DNA of 64,000 nucleotides from Octopus vulgaris (Eukaryota): NCBI GenBank assembly GCA_951406725.2, contig OX597835.1, positions 1,240,001 to 1,304,000 of the forward strand, read 5' to 3'. Shown piece by piece: positions 1 to 12,005 of this stretch (position 1 is its first letter; each line of letters starts with the position of its first letter). The notes under the pieces were generated by a model. It saw only the letters and a program-made list of their open reading frames with translations, ran no database searches and was not told where the DNA came from. The position numbers and the translations under genes were made by a program.

Positions 1-3000
1 CCTGCTTAATTTTCTTCGATTCGGCAGCAATTTTTCTCTGTTCTGTGGTATGAAAAACTTCTTCTAAGTTCTTCCTCTGGTCAGCATTTAAAACCGACGT
101 CAATAGGTGGTGCCAGTTAGAATCTTGTGTCATGACAATTTCCATGCAGTCTTTGAATATTATATATTCGTCGATGTTGTAGATGTCATTGTCAATGAGT
201 GTTGGGTAATTTTCCAGCGCCTTATCGATATCTTCTTCGTCGTCAGAGAAATCATCGTACGCGTTATCACCGTCATCATCATCGTCAACAGGGTGTTCAT
301 CGTCGCTATCAAATATCTCATCTTCGTCGCTATCAAGAATATCCAGCTCATCCCGTGCACTGTCGTGATCATTATCTTCGTCCAAATCCACTTCTTGTGC
401 CTTTAAAATATACGATCGTTTTAAACCCTTGAAGAGGGTGAGAATGGACGGTAAAAATTTCCCTCCCAACTCTGTAATTTCTTTGGGCCTTCTGAGAGGT
501 GTGTTAATTAGAGTACACAAGCCCAAAATGTTTAGTTTCCGGTCATGAACCCCGTGGAAACTATTAATGTTGTTCAACCATGTCGTCAAGAACTGGGGTA
601 TAATTTGACCAGATAGATTCGGCAGCTGTATGTCTTGCAATGTACTGAACAGAAGCGCTGGATTGTAACATAAGCCTGCTATACAAATCAACAAACACAT
701 TGCCCTCAATTCTAACGTTTCGATATTTCGTGCCAGTCTCTTCACGGCAAGTTCTATGAGAGAAGGAACTACATGATCAATTTGGCCTTTGTACTGCAAC
801 AAAACGACTTCAATGAGTTTGGCCGCGTGGCACTCGGAATCTTCACCTATCTTTTCAGAAGTCAGAATTGACTTGCACATATTGTAGACAGCTTCCAAGT
901 ATTCGGGTTGAGATAAAAACGCTGTTGTGTCAACGGTGATGTAATTGTGTAAACAAGGAGCCATATCAATAAAATAGTCTAGTGTTTCGGCTCGAAGGGC
1001 CTGGTACAGCATCTTAAATATCTCCCACATATTCGTCGATATTTGGGTTTTTGTGAGATTGTAGATTAAAGAAAACACCTCTTCGTAAAAGTCAATAAGA
1101 TTTTGTTGCAAGATTGAAACGACTACATTTAAAACATTGCTTTCTAATTGCGATATTATTTCAATTTTGCCTTTTACAACATCCAAAACTGTATCCATGG
1201 TATACAGAATACCTAATCCGATGATTACTTTGTCTTCAGAAGTATCAACATTACTGCTGAGCAGTTGATTAAAAGTTTGTTCAAGATGTGTAATTATCTC
1301 TAGAGCAACAGGAAGTATGTCGTCGGCATACTTGCGTATCAGGCGGCGAAATACGCTGGTTAGCTCATCGTTTTCAGTTTCACGAATTATTCGTAAGACC
1401 TCAAATATTACTGGTCGAACATGAGGACGCAAAAATTCTCGTGCCTTCTCGTATTTCGTCACTAGCATTTGCAAAGCCATGGCGGCCTCTACACGAACAG
1501 GCAGTTCACTATCATTGCAGAGACACTCCCTGCTCATTTCTATCGCTCGCAATAAGTTATTATAATTTTTCAACACTGCGCCGTTAAAAAAATCTAGAGT
1601 CCAGAAAGCCCTCGCCCTTAGAAATCCGTGTTGGCTTTGAAATTCTGGAAATAAATGGGTGACAAGAACTGCTTCGATGCGTTCCTTATAAACATCACTT
1701 TCTACAAGAATATCAGCAACGGTTCCTAGCATATGCATAATACCATCTTTCTCTTGAGGACTCACATCATTTTTGTTAAGAATCGTCATGCAGAAGTTCA
1801 TTGCTTTTTCAAGTACTCCGCTTCTTTTGCCAGCTAAAGAATGGAAAAGCCGTCCTGCCGCATCTATCGTAGACATATCAGATAAGTCGAACTTTCTGCG
1901 AATATATTCGTGTGGATCTGAATTCCATAACTCATTGTCTTTTTCACTGTGCCACATCAGTGGGAAAATTACTTTTTGAATAAGGTTGTCAGTATAATTT
2001 TTGAGGTATTTCCAAGTCGAAGCATAACTAATAGAACGGTTTAAATAGTTTAGAATCAAGCGCAAAACCCTCGGCGCTATATAATTGTTTTCGTCATTGT
2101 TGCCTAAAATATTAATCAATATAGGTATAACATTTCGTGGGAAAGTTCTCAAATACCACTCGGAAAATTGCTTATATTCTCTATTTACTTTACCAGGACT
2201 TCCGTACTTCTGGAAAGTAAAGGTTAAAATCCTTGCGGCCCATTTTTTGGCTTTCCACCAAGGAAGATCTGGTCTTTTGTCTTCTTCTATATTATGGGCT
2301 CCTTCAGGAACAGGATTTTGCATAACTTGGCAAATGACTTCCATCCACTGATTGAACACATTTCTTGAAATTATTTTCAACGACAAATGTTTGCGAACGA
2401 ATGAATAGAATATCTTTAGTATTTGTTTTTGTATTATGCTAGACATAGGGGACGGATCGGGTAGCATCTTTACAAACAAATTGTATATTAAAGGCAGTTC
2501 GACACCCATTGCCGTGTTAAGAATATCCCTGTCCTTCGGTTTTTTCGACTCGTGTACTTTTACAAGTTGATACAAACTTACCAAAGCACCATTCCACGCC
2601 GTATGGTTTTGTGACAGAATACACGCAGCTATTTTCTCAACGAAAGTCGGCCATCTGTTCGGGTAGTCATGTTTTACGATTATACTTAAAGAGATACTTA
2701 ACTGGCTGCGTATTATATCGGGACTGTGTATAATAGCTTCGATGATATGTCGGCGAACCGCTGCTCGGTCTTCTTCACTGATACTAAACAACGTTGTTGC
2801 AGAATCAGTTTCAATCTCGCTATTATCCCAGTATTTTTTCACCAAGTTCTTGAAATAAGACACAGCTGCTTGCTTGACAGTGATTTCTAGATTATCGGAC
2901 ATGACAATAGTCATCATTAAGGCAGGCGCGAACCCATTAAGTTTATCAAAATGTTGGAGCTCACTTTCAGCTTGTTCGCGGAGGCTCGGGTCGAGAGTTC

Positions 3001-3034
3001 CTCGTAACAAATCGACGAGTTTATTGATATCCAT
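1..3034 (-). CDS. IPO7: Importin-7/8 family karyopherin, intronless CDS; 3' end runs off the window
   Basis: ATG at 3034 gives MDINKLVDLLRGTLDPSLREQAESELQHFDKLNGFAPALMTIVMSDNLEITVKQAAVSYFKNLVKKYWD, resembling the IPO7 N-terminus. Spot checks in the same frame give PWWKAKKWAARIL (~2250), LRARAFW (~1610), an acidic loop followed by ALENYPTLIDNDIYNIDEYIIFK (~150-400), and LNADQRKNLEEVFHTTEQRKIAAESKKIKQ at the edge. About 1011 codons in one frame; absent from the ORF track because the stop lies outside the window. Confidence 0.92.
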   Translation of the reverse strand, partial: MDINKLVDLLRGTLDPSLREQAESELQHFDKLNGFAPALMMTIVMSDNLEITVKQAAVSYFKNLVKKYWDNSEIETDSATTLFSISEEDRAAVRRHIIEAIIHSPDIIRSQLSISLSIIVKHDYPNRWPTFVEKIAACILSQNHTAWNGALVSLYQLVKVHESKKPKDRDILNTAMGVELPLIYNLFVKMLPDPSPMSSIIQKQILKIFYSFVRKHLSLKIISRNVFNQWMEVICQVMQNPVPEGAHNIEEDKRPDLPWWKAKKWAARILTFTFQKYGSPGKVNREYKQFSEWYLRTFPRNVIPILINILGNNDENNYIAPRVLRLILNYLNRSISYASTWKYLKNYTDNLIQKVIFPLMWHSEKDNELWNSDPHEYIRRKFDLSDMSTIDAAGRLFHSLAGKRSGVLEKAMNFCMTILNKNDVSPQEKDGIMHMLGTVADILVESDVYKERIEAVLVTHLFPEFQSQHGFLRARAFWTLDFFNGAVLKNYNNLLRAIEMSRECLCNDSELPVRVEAAMALQMLVTKYEKAREFLRPHVRPVIFEVLRIIRETENDELTSVFRRLIRKYADDILPVALEIITHLEQTFNQLLSSNVDTSEDKVIIGLGILYTMDTVLDVVKGKIEIISQLESNVLNVVVSILQQNLIDFYEEVFSLIYNLTKTQISTNMWEIFKMLYQALRAETLDYFIDMAPCLHNYITVDTTAFLSQPEYLEAVYNMCKSILTSEKIGEDSECHAAKLIEVVLLQYKGQIDHVVPSLIELAVKRLARNIETLELRAMCLLICIAGLCYNPALLFSTLQDIQLPNLSGQIIPQFLTTWLNNINSFHGVHDRKLNILGLCTLINTPLRRPKEITELGGKFLPSILTLFKGLKRSYILKAQEVDLDEDNDHDSARDELDILDSDEDEIFDSDDEHPVDDDDDGDNAYDDFSDDEEDIDKALENYPTLIDNDIYNIDEYIIFKDCMEIVMTQDSNWHHLLTSVLNADQRKNLEEVFHTTEQRKIAAESKKIKQ

Positions 3035-3321
3035 ATTGCAAATATTTCTTTTTCCTTCTATCTTGTAGTTATTTGAAACTGAAGATCTTAAGTAATTTTC
3101 ACGGTCCTTTCAGAATTAAAAAAAAAGCACACACATGCATACAACAACCAATATTAATATTGGCAATTAGTAATTGCCAGTATATTAACTCGTGTATAAT
3201 ATTTTGACACTTTTAAGTTTGCTTCAGAAGTGGAGATCGCAGGCTTCTTTCTGCTGATATTTGGTTTTAAACAAGGCACGAAATCTAAGTTTATTCATTT
3301 GTCTATGTTAAAATGTTACCT

Positions 3322-3372
3322 CAGCCAATCAGAAACTACGTCATATTGTGACTCGCAGAATTGTGACATCAT
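3322..3372. promoter_or_regulatory. Candidate promoter motifs upstream of the importin gene (CCAAT box, CRE-like sites)
   Basis: AGCCAATCAG, CTACGTCA and TGACATCA cluster about 300 bp upstream of the ATG. Confidence 0.35.
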
Positions 3373-3760
3373 GGCTCATTTACACAGGACACAGAAGAAT
3401 TAAGGCAACAACCACGTGATTGCTTAATTGAAAATAACGCTTGAAATTCTCTACAATTTAAATGGAATAAAACTGCTACTGCTGCTGTTGGTTTTTAAAC
3501 AAACATTTTCGTGCGGAGATATTGTTATGTGTTGTTCAGTTGTTGCTGCTAGCGAACTTGAATCGAGTGTGGTTTGCTTGTCGGCGTTTTTGTTGTCTAA
3601 TACTAGTCCTAATCGACCAGGGTTTGTGATTCTGCTGTAGCAAGACTCGAACCCAAGTCGAAGCATTACGGATTTCAAGCCACGACATCGCTCAACCCTG
3701 TTCGCGTGTGAAATCGAGTTATCAACCAATCAGCTACCTAATGCAGGAGCCAGTCCTGAT

Positions 3761-4475
3761 TTGATTAGACTCGAAGCTCCACAATACTAGCATGGCACAA
3801 TATGTGTACAAATGGTCCTAATACCATGAAACGTGGTTCTTAAGTATGCTTAGCTATGGATTAACTAATTATGAGATAATCAACTTGCGTAAATAATTAA
3901 TTTAATTAGACTTTAAGCTCCAGTAAGAAATTACATTGACTATTACTCCTTAGACACAAGTGATACTTAAATGAAAACTTAAGGGAAAAAATGGGTATGG
4001 AAAAACAAATTAAGAAGTTTTAATTAGATACGTAATTAAGAATTAATTAGACTTTTTGCTCCAGCGTCAATTACTTCACAAAAATGTTCACTAAACCAAA
4101 CTGAATCTATTCATGTCACTTAAGAACCATTTTAGGTGTGGATTTCTAATTTAAGAAGCATTTTCTACTAATCACTATACACTAATTAAGAAGAAACATA
4201 CATAAACACTGTTTTCAAACTATTTGATGAATGCAACATAAAAACATGGCTGAGACCCAGTTGACATGGAAGGAAGAAATTAAGAAACATCCCAGGTATT
4301 GGAAGACAATAAGAAGCCCTTTAATTAGATCGTTAATTAGGTCTTAATTAGACTTTCTGCTCCGGTGTAAATTCTTTCACAAAAACATTCGGCTCGTCAA
4401 ACTGAATGTAATCATAGTATGTAAGAATGATAGGTATGGATCCCTAATTTAAGAAGCATTTTGACTAATTGACGT
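3761..4475. repeat. Degenerate tandem repeat, ~140/300-bp period, rich in TAATTAG
   Basis: The motif (T)AATTAGACTnnnnGCTCC recurs at ~3762, ~3903, ~4044 and ~4345. The block ~4018-4172 aligns with ~4320-4470. Confidence 0.7.
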
Positions 4476-5499
4476 ATCCTCCTCTATTGAATATGGAAAA
4501 ACACCTTTAACTGAAAAAATGTTGATTTTCCATTCCATGGCATTGGAATCCTTCCTCCATTACTGATGCTCACTTCTGTCAACACACAATCCATATCGCT
4601 TTCGTTCATTCGAATAAAATTCATTTTTAAAGCGGTAATTTTTCTTTTAAAGGTGACTTGTCCCGTCACAAACTTCACAAAAATGGAAACTGACTGTTAC
4701 AAACAAAAAATGGATTCCAACTAAAACAAAGGGCAACTTGCCCCTGGGACAAAAATGTCACATAAATGCAAACTGGCTTTTAGAAACCAACGACGAATTG
4801 AAGCGTTTAGGTACCATGTTGCAGCTTTGGCCTGTTGGCAAAACCGCGGCTTACAAAGCAAGATTGGATTGAAAGTATAACTGTGAGCATCGGGACCCCT
4901 TACTCGCATTGTTGGAATTAACAAAGTTACTTAACGCTAGATATTCAAATTCTCGTACTGCCTCTACACGACACATACGCCATGACATTTTTAATCTATC
5001 AATACGTCTACACCAAAGAGTCGAGGTGTTGGTACATGACGCCCCATTATCCAGACGGCTGCAGGGTGTATTCTGTTCTGTACCGGAGTCTGACTGCTCG
5101 TCACCAGAGGATACGGTCAACATGGTATCATCCTCGTCGTCACTGAACTCGTCAATGGGCAGTGATGCTGGTCTCTCTTCTGTCAGACTCGCAGGCAGTT
5201 GCTCACCTTGGAGCCAGATGATCTTGCTCACCTGTTGACTGCTCTTTTCTGTCGACTCGAACTCGAGTCGATACATTACGGACTTCAAGCCACGACACCG
5301 CTCAACCCTGTTCGCGTGTGAAACCGAGTTCTGTTGACTCTCTTTCCGTCTTCCTCAACGTATAAAGTTCTCACATCTGAGGCATTACTGCTGCTGTACA
5401 CAAACTTCCACAACCGCACTCAGAAAGCTAAACGTCATCTTCCAGGGGTGGAATAAATCTCGGAGCAGACGGTACATCAGGGAATTCCTCAGATTTGTG

Positions 5500-5826
5500 T
5501 GATTCTGGACCCTTCACCGTAGATTTCTTTGCCTTGAAGACCTCTCACCATCTACCACTACCAGGGGCTCACTACCTCTGTGACGGCCCCACACCCTCGT
5601 TGCCCAGATGTAACTGCATGATCCGCGTGTGTACCGTTGGCGATTTTTTTTCCTCTGTCTTCCCTTCTCTGGATCTTTCCTTCTCCTATGTTTCCGACGA
5701 AGAGCTCCGCTCGAAACGTTAAACCCTCCTTCTTCCCTTCCTTCCTGAGTGTCCAATAATACTATATTTGTTCCACGTCCTCGCGTTGTTGTGTTTTCTC
5801 TTTGTGTTTTCATGTTTGGATTAACT

Positions 5827-5830
<4 letters not shown>
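5500..5830 (+). mobile_element. Penelope-like element terminal fragment with a minimal hammerhead-ribozyme motif
   Basis: 5690-5724 reads GTTT-CCGACGA-a-GAGC tcc GCTC-GAAA-C-GTT-AAAC: type I hammerhead layout with a palindromic AACGTT stem III and a U4C core change. The element ends at an (AT)n tract. Confidence 0.6.
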
Positions 5831-5861
<31 letters not shown>

Positions 5862-5891
5862 GAGATACACACAAAAAAACACACACACATA

Positions 5892-6109
5892 AGCGGTGTA
5901 ATGTAAAGTTCCTGGCTTTGGCTAAAAGAAAATGCAGGGGAGCCAGTTAATTATGATTTTATTCAACATATTCCCCTCCCAGATTCACACACGTATTGCA
6001 GTGGTCTTTCAGTTTTTCTAAGTCCTGTAAAAGAAGACGGAAAGTTGGGCCTCCAGCCAGGCCTTTCGCTTGCCCCTTAAAGCCAGGAACTTTTCAGCAC
6101 CTCCTCGTA
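5892..6109. mobile_element. Mariner-type non-autonomous element (MITE-like)
   Basis: AAAGTTCCTGGCTTT near the left end and AAAGCCAGGAACTTTTCAGCACC...TA at the right end are inverted repeats. Same family as 37553-37768. Confidence 0.65.
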
Positions 6110-7174
6110 TGAGGTGGTCACTATATAAACGATGAAAGTGTCGGTTATACATTTACAATTATAGAACTGGTTAAGTACCTAGACCTTAGATATCATGTTG
6201 CACTCACCGCCAGTCTTCTTTAACAAAAGTTCGTCTGGGGAACGTAACGTACGGCTTATTACTTTGCGCGTCTATGCGAAAGCAGGGTATTGTAGCCGCG
6301 TGTCCTTGTCTGTTTGTCTGTGTGTTTGTAAAATTACTGGAAAATGGCTCAACTGAGTCTCCCCAAATTCTCCAGAAATGTTCCTTGGGTGAGTGGCTCG
6401 AAATCATTAAATTTTGGTGTGGCGAATCAAAATGTTTGTTTTTTTTTTCTTTCTTTCTTACATATATATAAACGATAAGCAGGGGAAATAGCTCTTGATG
6501 TCGATTTGTTGAAATAGGAATTCGTCTGAGATTATTAAATTAAATTTCATTTTATCCTCGTGTGCGCGCAGAGTATACATCCCCCCTCCGATGCCGGTTT
6601 TTATTCTGTTTGTAACCTGTAGATTCTCTGAAAATTTTTCACTAAAATACGTTATTTTCTAGGGGAGGTCACTCCTGAATAATTTTACAGAGTTATCTTT
6701 CGTCATAATATGCAAGTTGATTAATGCTGAAAATATAAAATGTTTGAAAAAAGGTAGAAATAAAAGAATAATTTTTTTAATAATTAAACGGGATTCATAA
6801 AATTGCATCAGGTTCTGTTTAATAATAGAGTCTCAATTCGATAAACGTGAAGAAAGGAAAGGGTTACAGAATTGCACCGAAAAGGTGAAAAATAGGAAAA
6901 AAATAATAAATGAAGAAGAATTAAAAACAAAAGGAAAGAAAGAGGAAATTCTTTGACTTTGACGTTTGGAATTGGAATACTGCGTCTTATTTTGTTTTTA
7001 TTTATTTTTCTGTTTGAATATTTGAAATGAAAAGATCCCTTTTTGCAAGCTGCTACACTTTATTTCCGTTTTTTTTTTTTTGTTCTCTCATTTAAACAAT
7101 CTAATTAAGCAGCGTCTGTTACACAATGTATTAAAAAAGAACAAAACGAGGTTGAATGTCTTTCGTTCGTTGCG

Positions 7175-8826
7175 TCATCCGGGACAGGGTTGCAAAATCC
7201 CAGGAGTTGATATATGACAGAGGCAGCGGCTTTTCCAAATCGTGTCGCAATGGCAGTCATAAGAAGGACAACAAGGAGGCGTGGCTTTACTTTTAGTTGG
7301 ACTACAGCGATAATTCCAACCACTACACTTTGAGTGTCTGTAAATAAAGGACATGGAAAGCAAGAATAAACCATTTGTATTTAGCAATATGCTCCTATTT
7401 AACAACAAACTCCTAACTATTCACAGTTACTAAAGTTTGGGAAAAAAAACTCCACAAACTGATCTGCATACTTCCTGACAAATTTTATGTACATGCATAC
7501 ATACACATGTATCTATATAATTGTACATGTGTACATAATGCATATCATACGTACTTACGGGCGGACGGGCGGACACATCTTGCTTCCGAAAAACCTTCAA
7601 GGCATTTCACTCAATGCAATCCTGCAGAATAATCTACAATATCATGGATTGAGAATACACTCACTCACTCACCTGAGCTTATTTTACCGTAAATTGTGAT
7701 AAGTGCACCTGCACTCGTGTCAACGCCCTCACGCGCACACACGGGCTACCTCATTCCTGCACAGCCCAGTCACTGACTGCACAGTTTTACACGCAAAGCA
7801 ACACCGCTATTCAGATCTATCTGCATATAGAGAATTGTCCCATGTACACTTCAATGATCCTCTCCCCTGATATGCGAAATATTCCCTCGGCCATGGCATT
7901 TCTTTTTCTTAGAAGCTCTCTGGAGGTGAAGTAATGTAGTGATTTCATATCGGCATAGAGCAGATTCGAACCTGAATCTGCCAATTTCCCTTAACATTGC
8001 CACGGCATTTTTTCTCACAGAAGAACGATAGTTGACAGCAGTTACATTCAACACATGGCTTTGTCAAGTCGACTTGCGTATTTGCTGTTTAACTCTTGAT
8101 CTCTTATAAGCCATCTAAAGTTGAAATTAGATAAGGGCGACCTACATCGACTGGCCATTGTTTTTCGCAATACATCTCTTTTTCTAGCTAGCCTGTATAG
8201 AATTCCATAAGGTACGAGCAGTTAGTGAGAACCGACCAACAGGGAAATTGACTGACTGGCTGAACGAAAGGCCGTCTCTGAATGAAAAGGCACAGAGGGA
8301 CGACTAGGTAACTCACCAACAAAGCAGTTGTCTCGTCCCACCACTCTCACTTTCTCTCAAGTTCCTTTCTCTTCTCCACAACATCACTCTGTCACTATCT
8401 TTCGTTTACTAAGACAATGACGAGAACGTGTACACACTTATACAAAAAGAAATTAGCTTTCTTAACCAAAGGTTTAGATGCTGCAACATACACTAACGTT
8501 TTTATTTCTTTAAGAAATATTGTTTAATTCTATTTGATTATTTATTAAAAATATGTATTTATTTAACTATTATTGTTATTATTGTTGACCTGAGGGGTGA
8601 CAATACTTTTAAATTGAATTGTTTGGGGATTAAATTTAGAGCTAATTGTAATTCGAATTAAAGTTATAGCCACGAAACGTACATAGTCTTTTTACTTATT
8701 ATATAATGTTTATTCATTTTTTGTACTTTTTGTGATCTAGATATGTTTTATAATATATTTTATTTTTTCTATATGATATGGTTTATGTCTATCAGTGTTT
8801 GAAATACATAATAGTGGTTTTTCTCT

Positions 8827-8921
<95 letters not shown>

Positions 8922-11900
8922 AAGTCTATTTCACGTGTAATTTTTGGATTTTTGGTCCTCTAAAATCGTCTTGGCATATAAGTTGCCCCACCCATTTTTT
9001 TTCTTTTTTTTTTTTACTTTTATACCAAGAGGTATGGTATGTGCTGCACACATGAAAATAAAATGTGCATAGAACAGTAGAATTTAACAAGGAAGTCGGA
9101 AAGTTGGGCCTCCAACCAGGCCTTTCGCTTGCTCCTTAAAACCAGGAACTTTTCAGCACCTCCTCGTATGAGGTGGTCACTATATAAACGATGAAAGTGT
9201 CGGTTATACATTTACAATTATAGAACTGGTTAAGTACCTAGACCTTAGATATCATGTTGCACTCACCGCCAGTCTTCTTTAACAAAAGTTCGTCTGGGGA
9301 ACGTAACGTACGGCTTATTACTTTGCGCGTCTATGCGAAAGCAGGGTATTGTAGCCGCGTGTCCTTGTCTGTTTGTCTGTGTGTTTGTAAAATTACTGGA
9401 AAATGGCTCAACTGAGTCTCCCCAAATTCTCCAGAAATGTTCCTTGGGTGAGTGGCTCGAAATCATTAAATTTTGGTGTGGCGAATCAAAATGTTTGTTT
9501 TTTTTTTTCTTTCTTTCTTACATATATATAAACGATAAGCAGGGGAAATAGCTCTTGATGTCGATTTGTTGAAATAGGAATTCGTCTGAGATTATTAAAT
9601 TAAATTTCATTTTATCCTCGTGTGCGCGCAGAGTATACATCCCCCCTCCGATGCCGGTTTTTATTCTGTTTGTAACCTGTAGATTCTCTGAAAATTTTTC
9701 ACTAAAATACGTTATTTTCTAGGGGAGGTCACTCCTGAATAATTTTACAGAGTTATCTTTCGTCATAATATGCAAGTTGATTAATGCTGAAAATATAAAA
9801 TGTTTGAAAAAAGGCAGAAATAAAAGAATAATTTTTTTAAATAATTAAACGGGATTCATAAAATTGCATCAGGTTCTGTTTAATAATAGAGTCTCAATTC
9901 GATAAACGTGAAGAAAGGAAAGGGTTACAGAATAGCACCGAAAAGGTGAAAAATAGGAAAAAAATAATAAATGAAGAAGAATTAAAAACAAAAGGAAAGA
10001 AAGACTTTGACGTTTGGAATTGGAATACTGCGTCTTATTTTGTTTTTATTTATTTTTCTGTTTGAATATTTGAAATGAAAAGATCCCTTTTTGCAAGCTG
10101 CTACACTTTATTTCCGTTTTTTTTTTTTTTTGTTCTCTCATTTAAACAATCTAATTAAGCAGCGTCTGTTACACAATGTATTAAAAAGGAACAAAACGAG
10201 GTTGAATGTCTTTCGTTCGTTGTGTCAAAAGGGACAGGGTTGCAAAGGCAGAAAATTTGATGTATGACATCGGCAGTTGGATTTCCAAAACGCGTGGCAA
10301 TGACAGTCATAAGAAGGACAACAAGGAGGCAAGTCTTTTCTTCCAGGTGGATCACAGCGATAATTCCAACGACCACACTTTAAGTGTCTGTAAATAAAGG
10401 ACATGGAAAGCAAGAATAAACCATTTGTATTTAGCAATATGCTCCTATTTAACCAGATGACATCTGGTGTACCACAGGGATCTGTTCTTGGCCCCCTTTT
10501 ATTTGTTGCATATGTTAATGACATAGATGCCAACTTAAAGAATGCCACAGTGCTGAAATATGCAGATGACATCAAGCTGTACCTCGAAATAACGAGGTCA
10601 AATCCTGTACACTATAGATCTCTATTGCAAGCAGACCTGGACACAATGCAGCAGTGGATCATGGACTGGCAACTCAAGCTGGCTGTGGACAAATGTACCA
10701 CCATGCATTTTGGGAGGAGAAACCCAGCGTCCACCTACTCCCTCCACAACACTAGTCTCAAAAAGTCTTCATGTGAACGCGACCTGGGTGTTATTGTCGA
10801 CAGTGATTTGCGTTGGACAAAACACATCGCTAAAATTGTCAAGAAGGCTGAGGGTGTCTTGGCATCACTCACCAAATCCTTTGTGAGCCGCTCTCCAGCT
10901 ATCTATCTGCGGCTTTATATAACTATGGTAAGACCTCACCTGGAATTTGCATCACTGGTCTGGAACCCCTATCTTGCCCAGGATATCAATCGTCTGGAAG
11001 CTGTTCAGCGACGTGCAACCAAAAGAATACCCTCCATCAGGCATTTGCCATATCCTGAACGCCTTACATCCCTGGGCATGGACACATTGAAACTCCGACG
11101 TCTGGCAGCTGACTTGGCAGACACCCATAAAATTATCAACCATCGTACAAACAATAACTCTGAGCACCTTTTCAAACTCCACCCATCTAACACCCGTGGA
11201 CATATTTACAAAGTAAGGAAACAGCACAGCTCCCATGACTTCAGGAAACATTTTTTCACGCTAAGAGTTGCTGATGCATGGAACAAACTGCCGGCATCAG
11301 TTGTTAGTTGTCGGAGCACTGCATCCTTCAAAACTTCCATGCTTCCTGAGATTCGCCAACACTGCACTTGATTTTCTCCCCTCCATACACACACAAGCAT
11401 GTATCTGACTCATACATTGTTCGCTTTCCAGACATTTCTACATTACTGCATGTACTTTATATGCACTTTCTGACAAGTTGTGGTGCACCTGAGCACTGTA
11501 TACAATTAATTTCATTATTATCATTATTATTATAAACTTGTAACTATTCACATTTACTAAAGTTTGGGAAAAAAATTCCACAAAATGATCTGCATACTTC
11601 CTGACAAATTTTAAGAAATATTGTTTAATTCTATTTGATTATTTATTAAAAATATGTATTTATTTAACTATTATTGTTATTATTGTTGACCTGAGGGGTG
11701 ACAATACTTTTAAATTGAATTGTTTGGGGATTAAATTTAAATCTAATTGTAATTCGAATTAAAGTTATAGCCATGAAACGTACATAGTCTTTTTACTTAT
11801 TATATAATGTTTATTCATTTTTTGTACTTTTTGTGATCTAGATATGTTTTATAATATATTTTATTTTTTCTATATGATATGGTTTATGTCTATCAGTATT

Positions 11901-11927
11901 TGAAATACATAATAGTGGTTTTTCTCT

Positions 11928-12005
<78 letters not shown>

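Noticed and set aside
107-432. Plus-strand ORFs 107-406 and 199-432, and minus ORF 160-372
   Set aside because: Shadows of the acidic loop of the importin-7 CDS.
7105-10397. Hydrophobic ORFs 7105-7374 and 10155-10376 (minus) and 10206-10397 (plus)
   Set aside because: Alternative frames over the knottin exons. Only the Cys-rich frame fits the upstream splice phase and keeps a fixed framework in both copies.
10403-11371. 322-aa reverse transcriptase as a host gene or a retron/DGR-type system diversifying the adjacent exon
   Set aside because: It is a 5'-truncated CR1/L2 LINE with an ATT tail and an empty site in the sister unit. Exon differences are not restricted to adenines.
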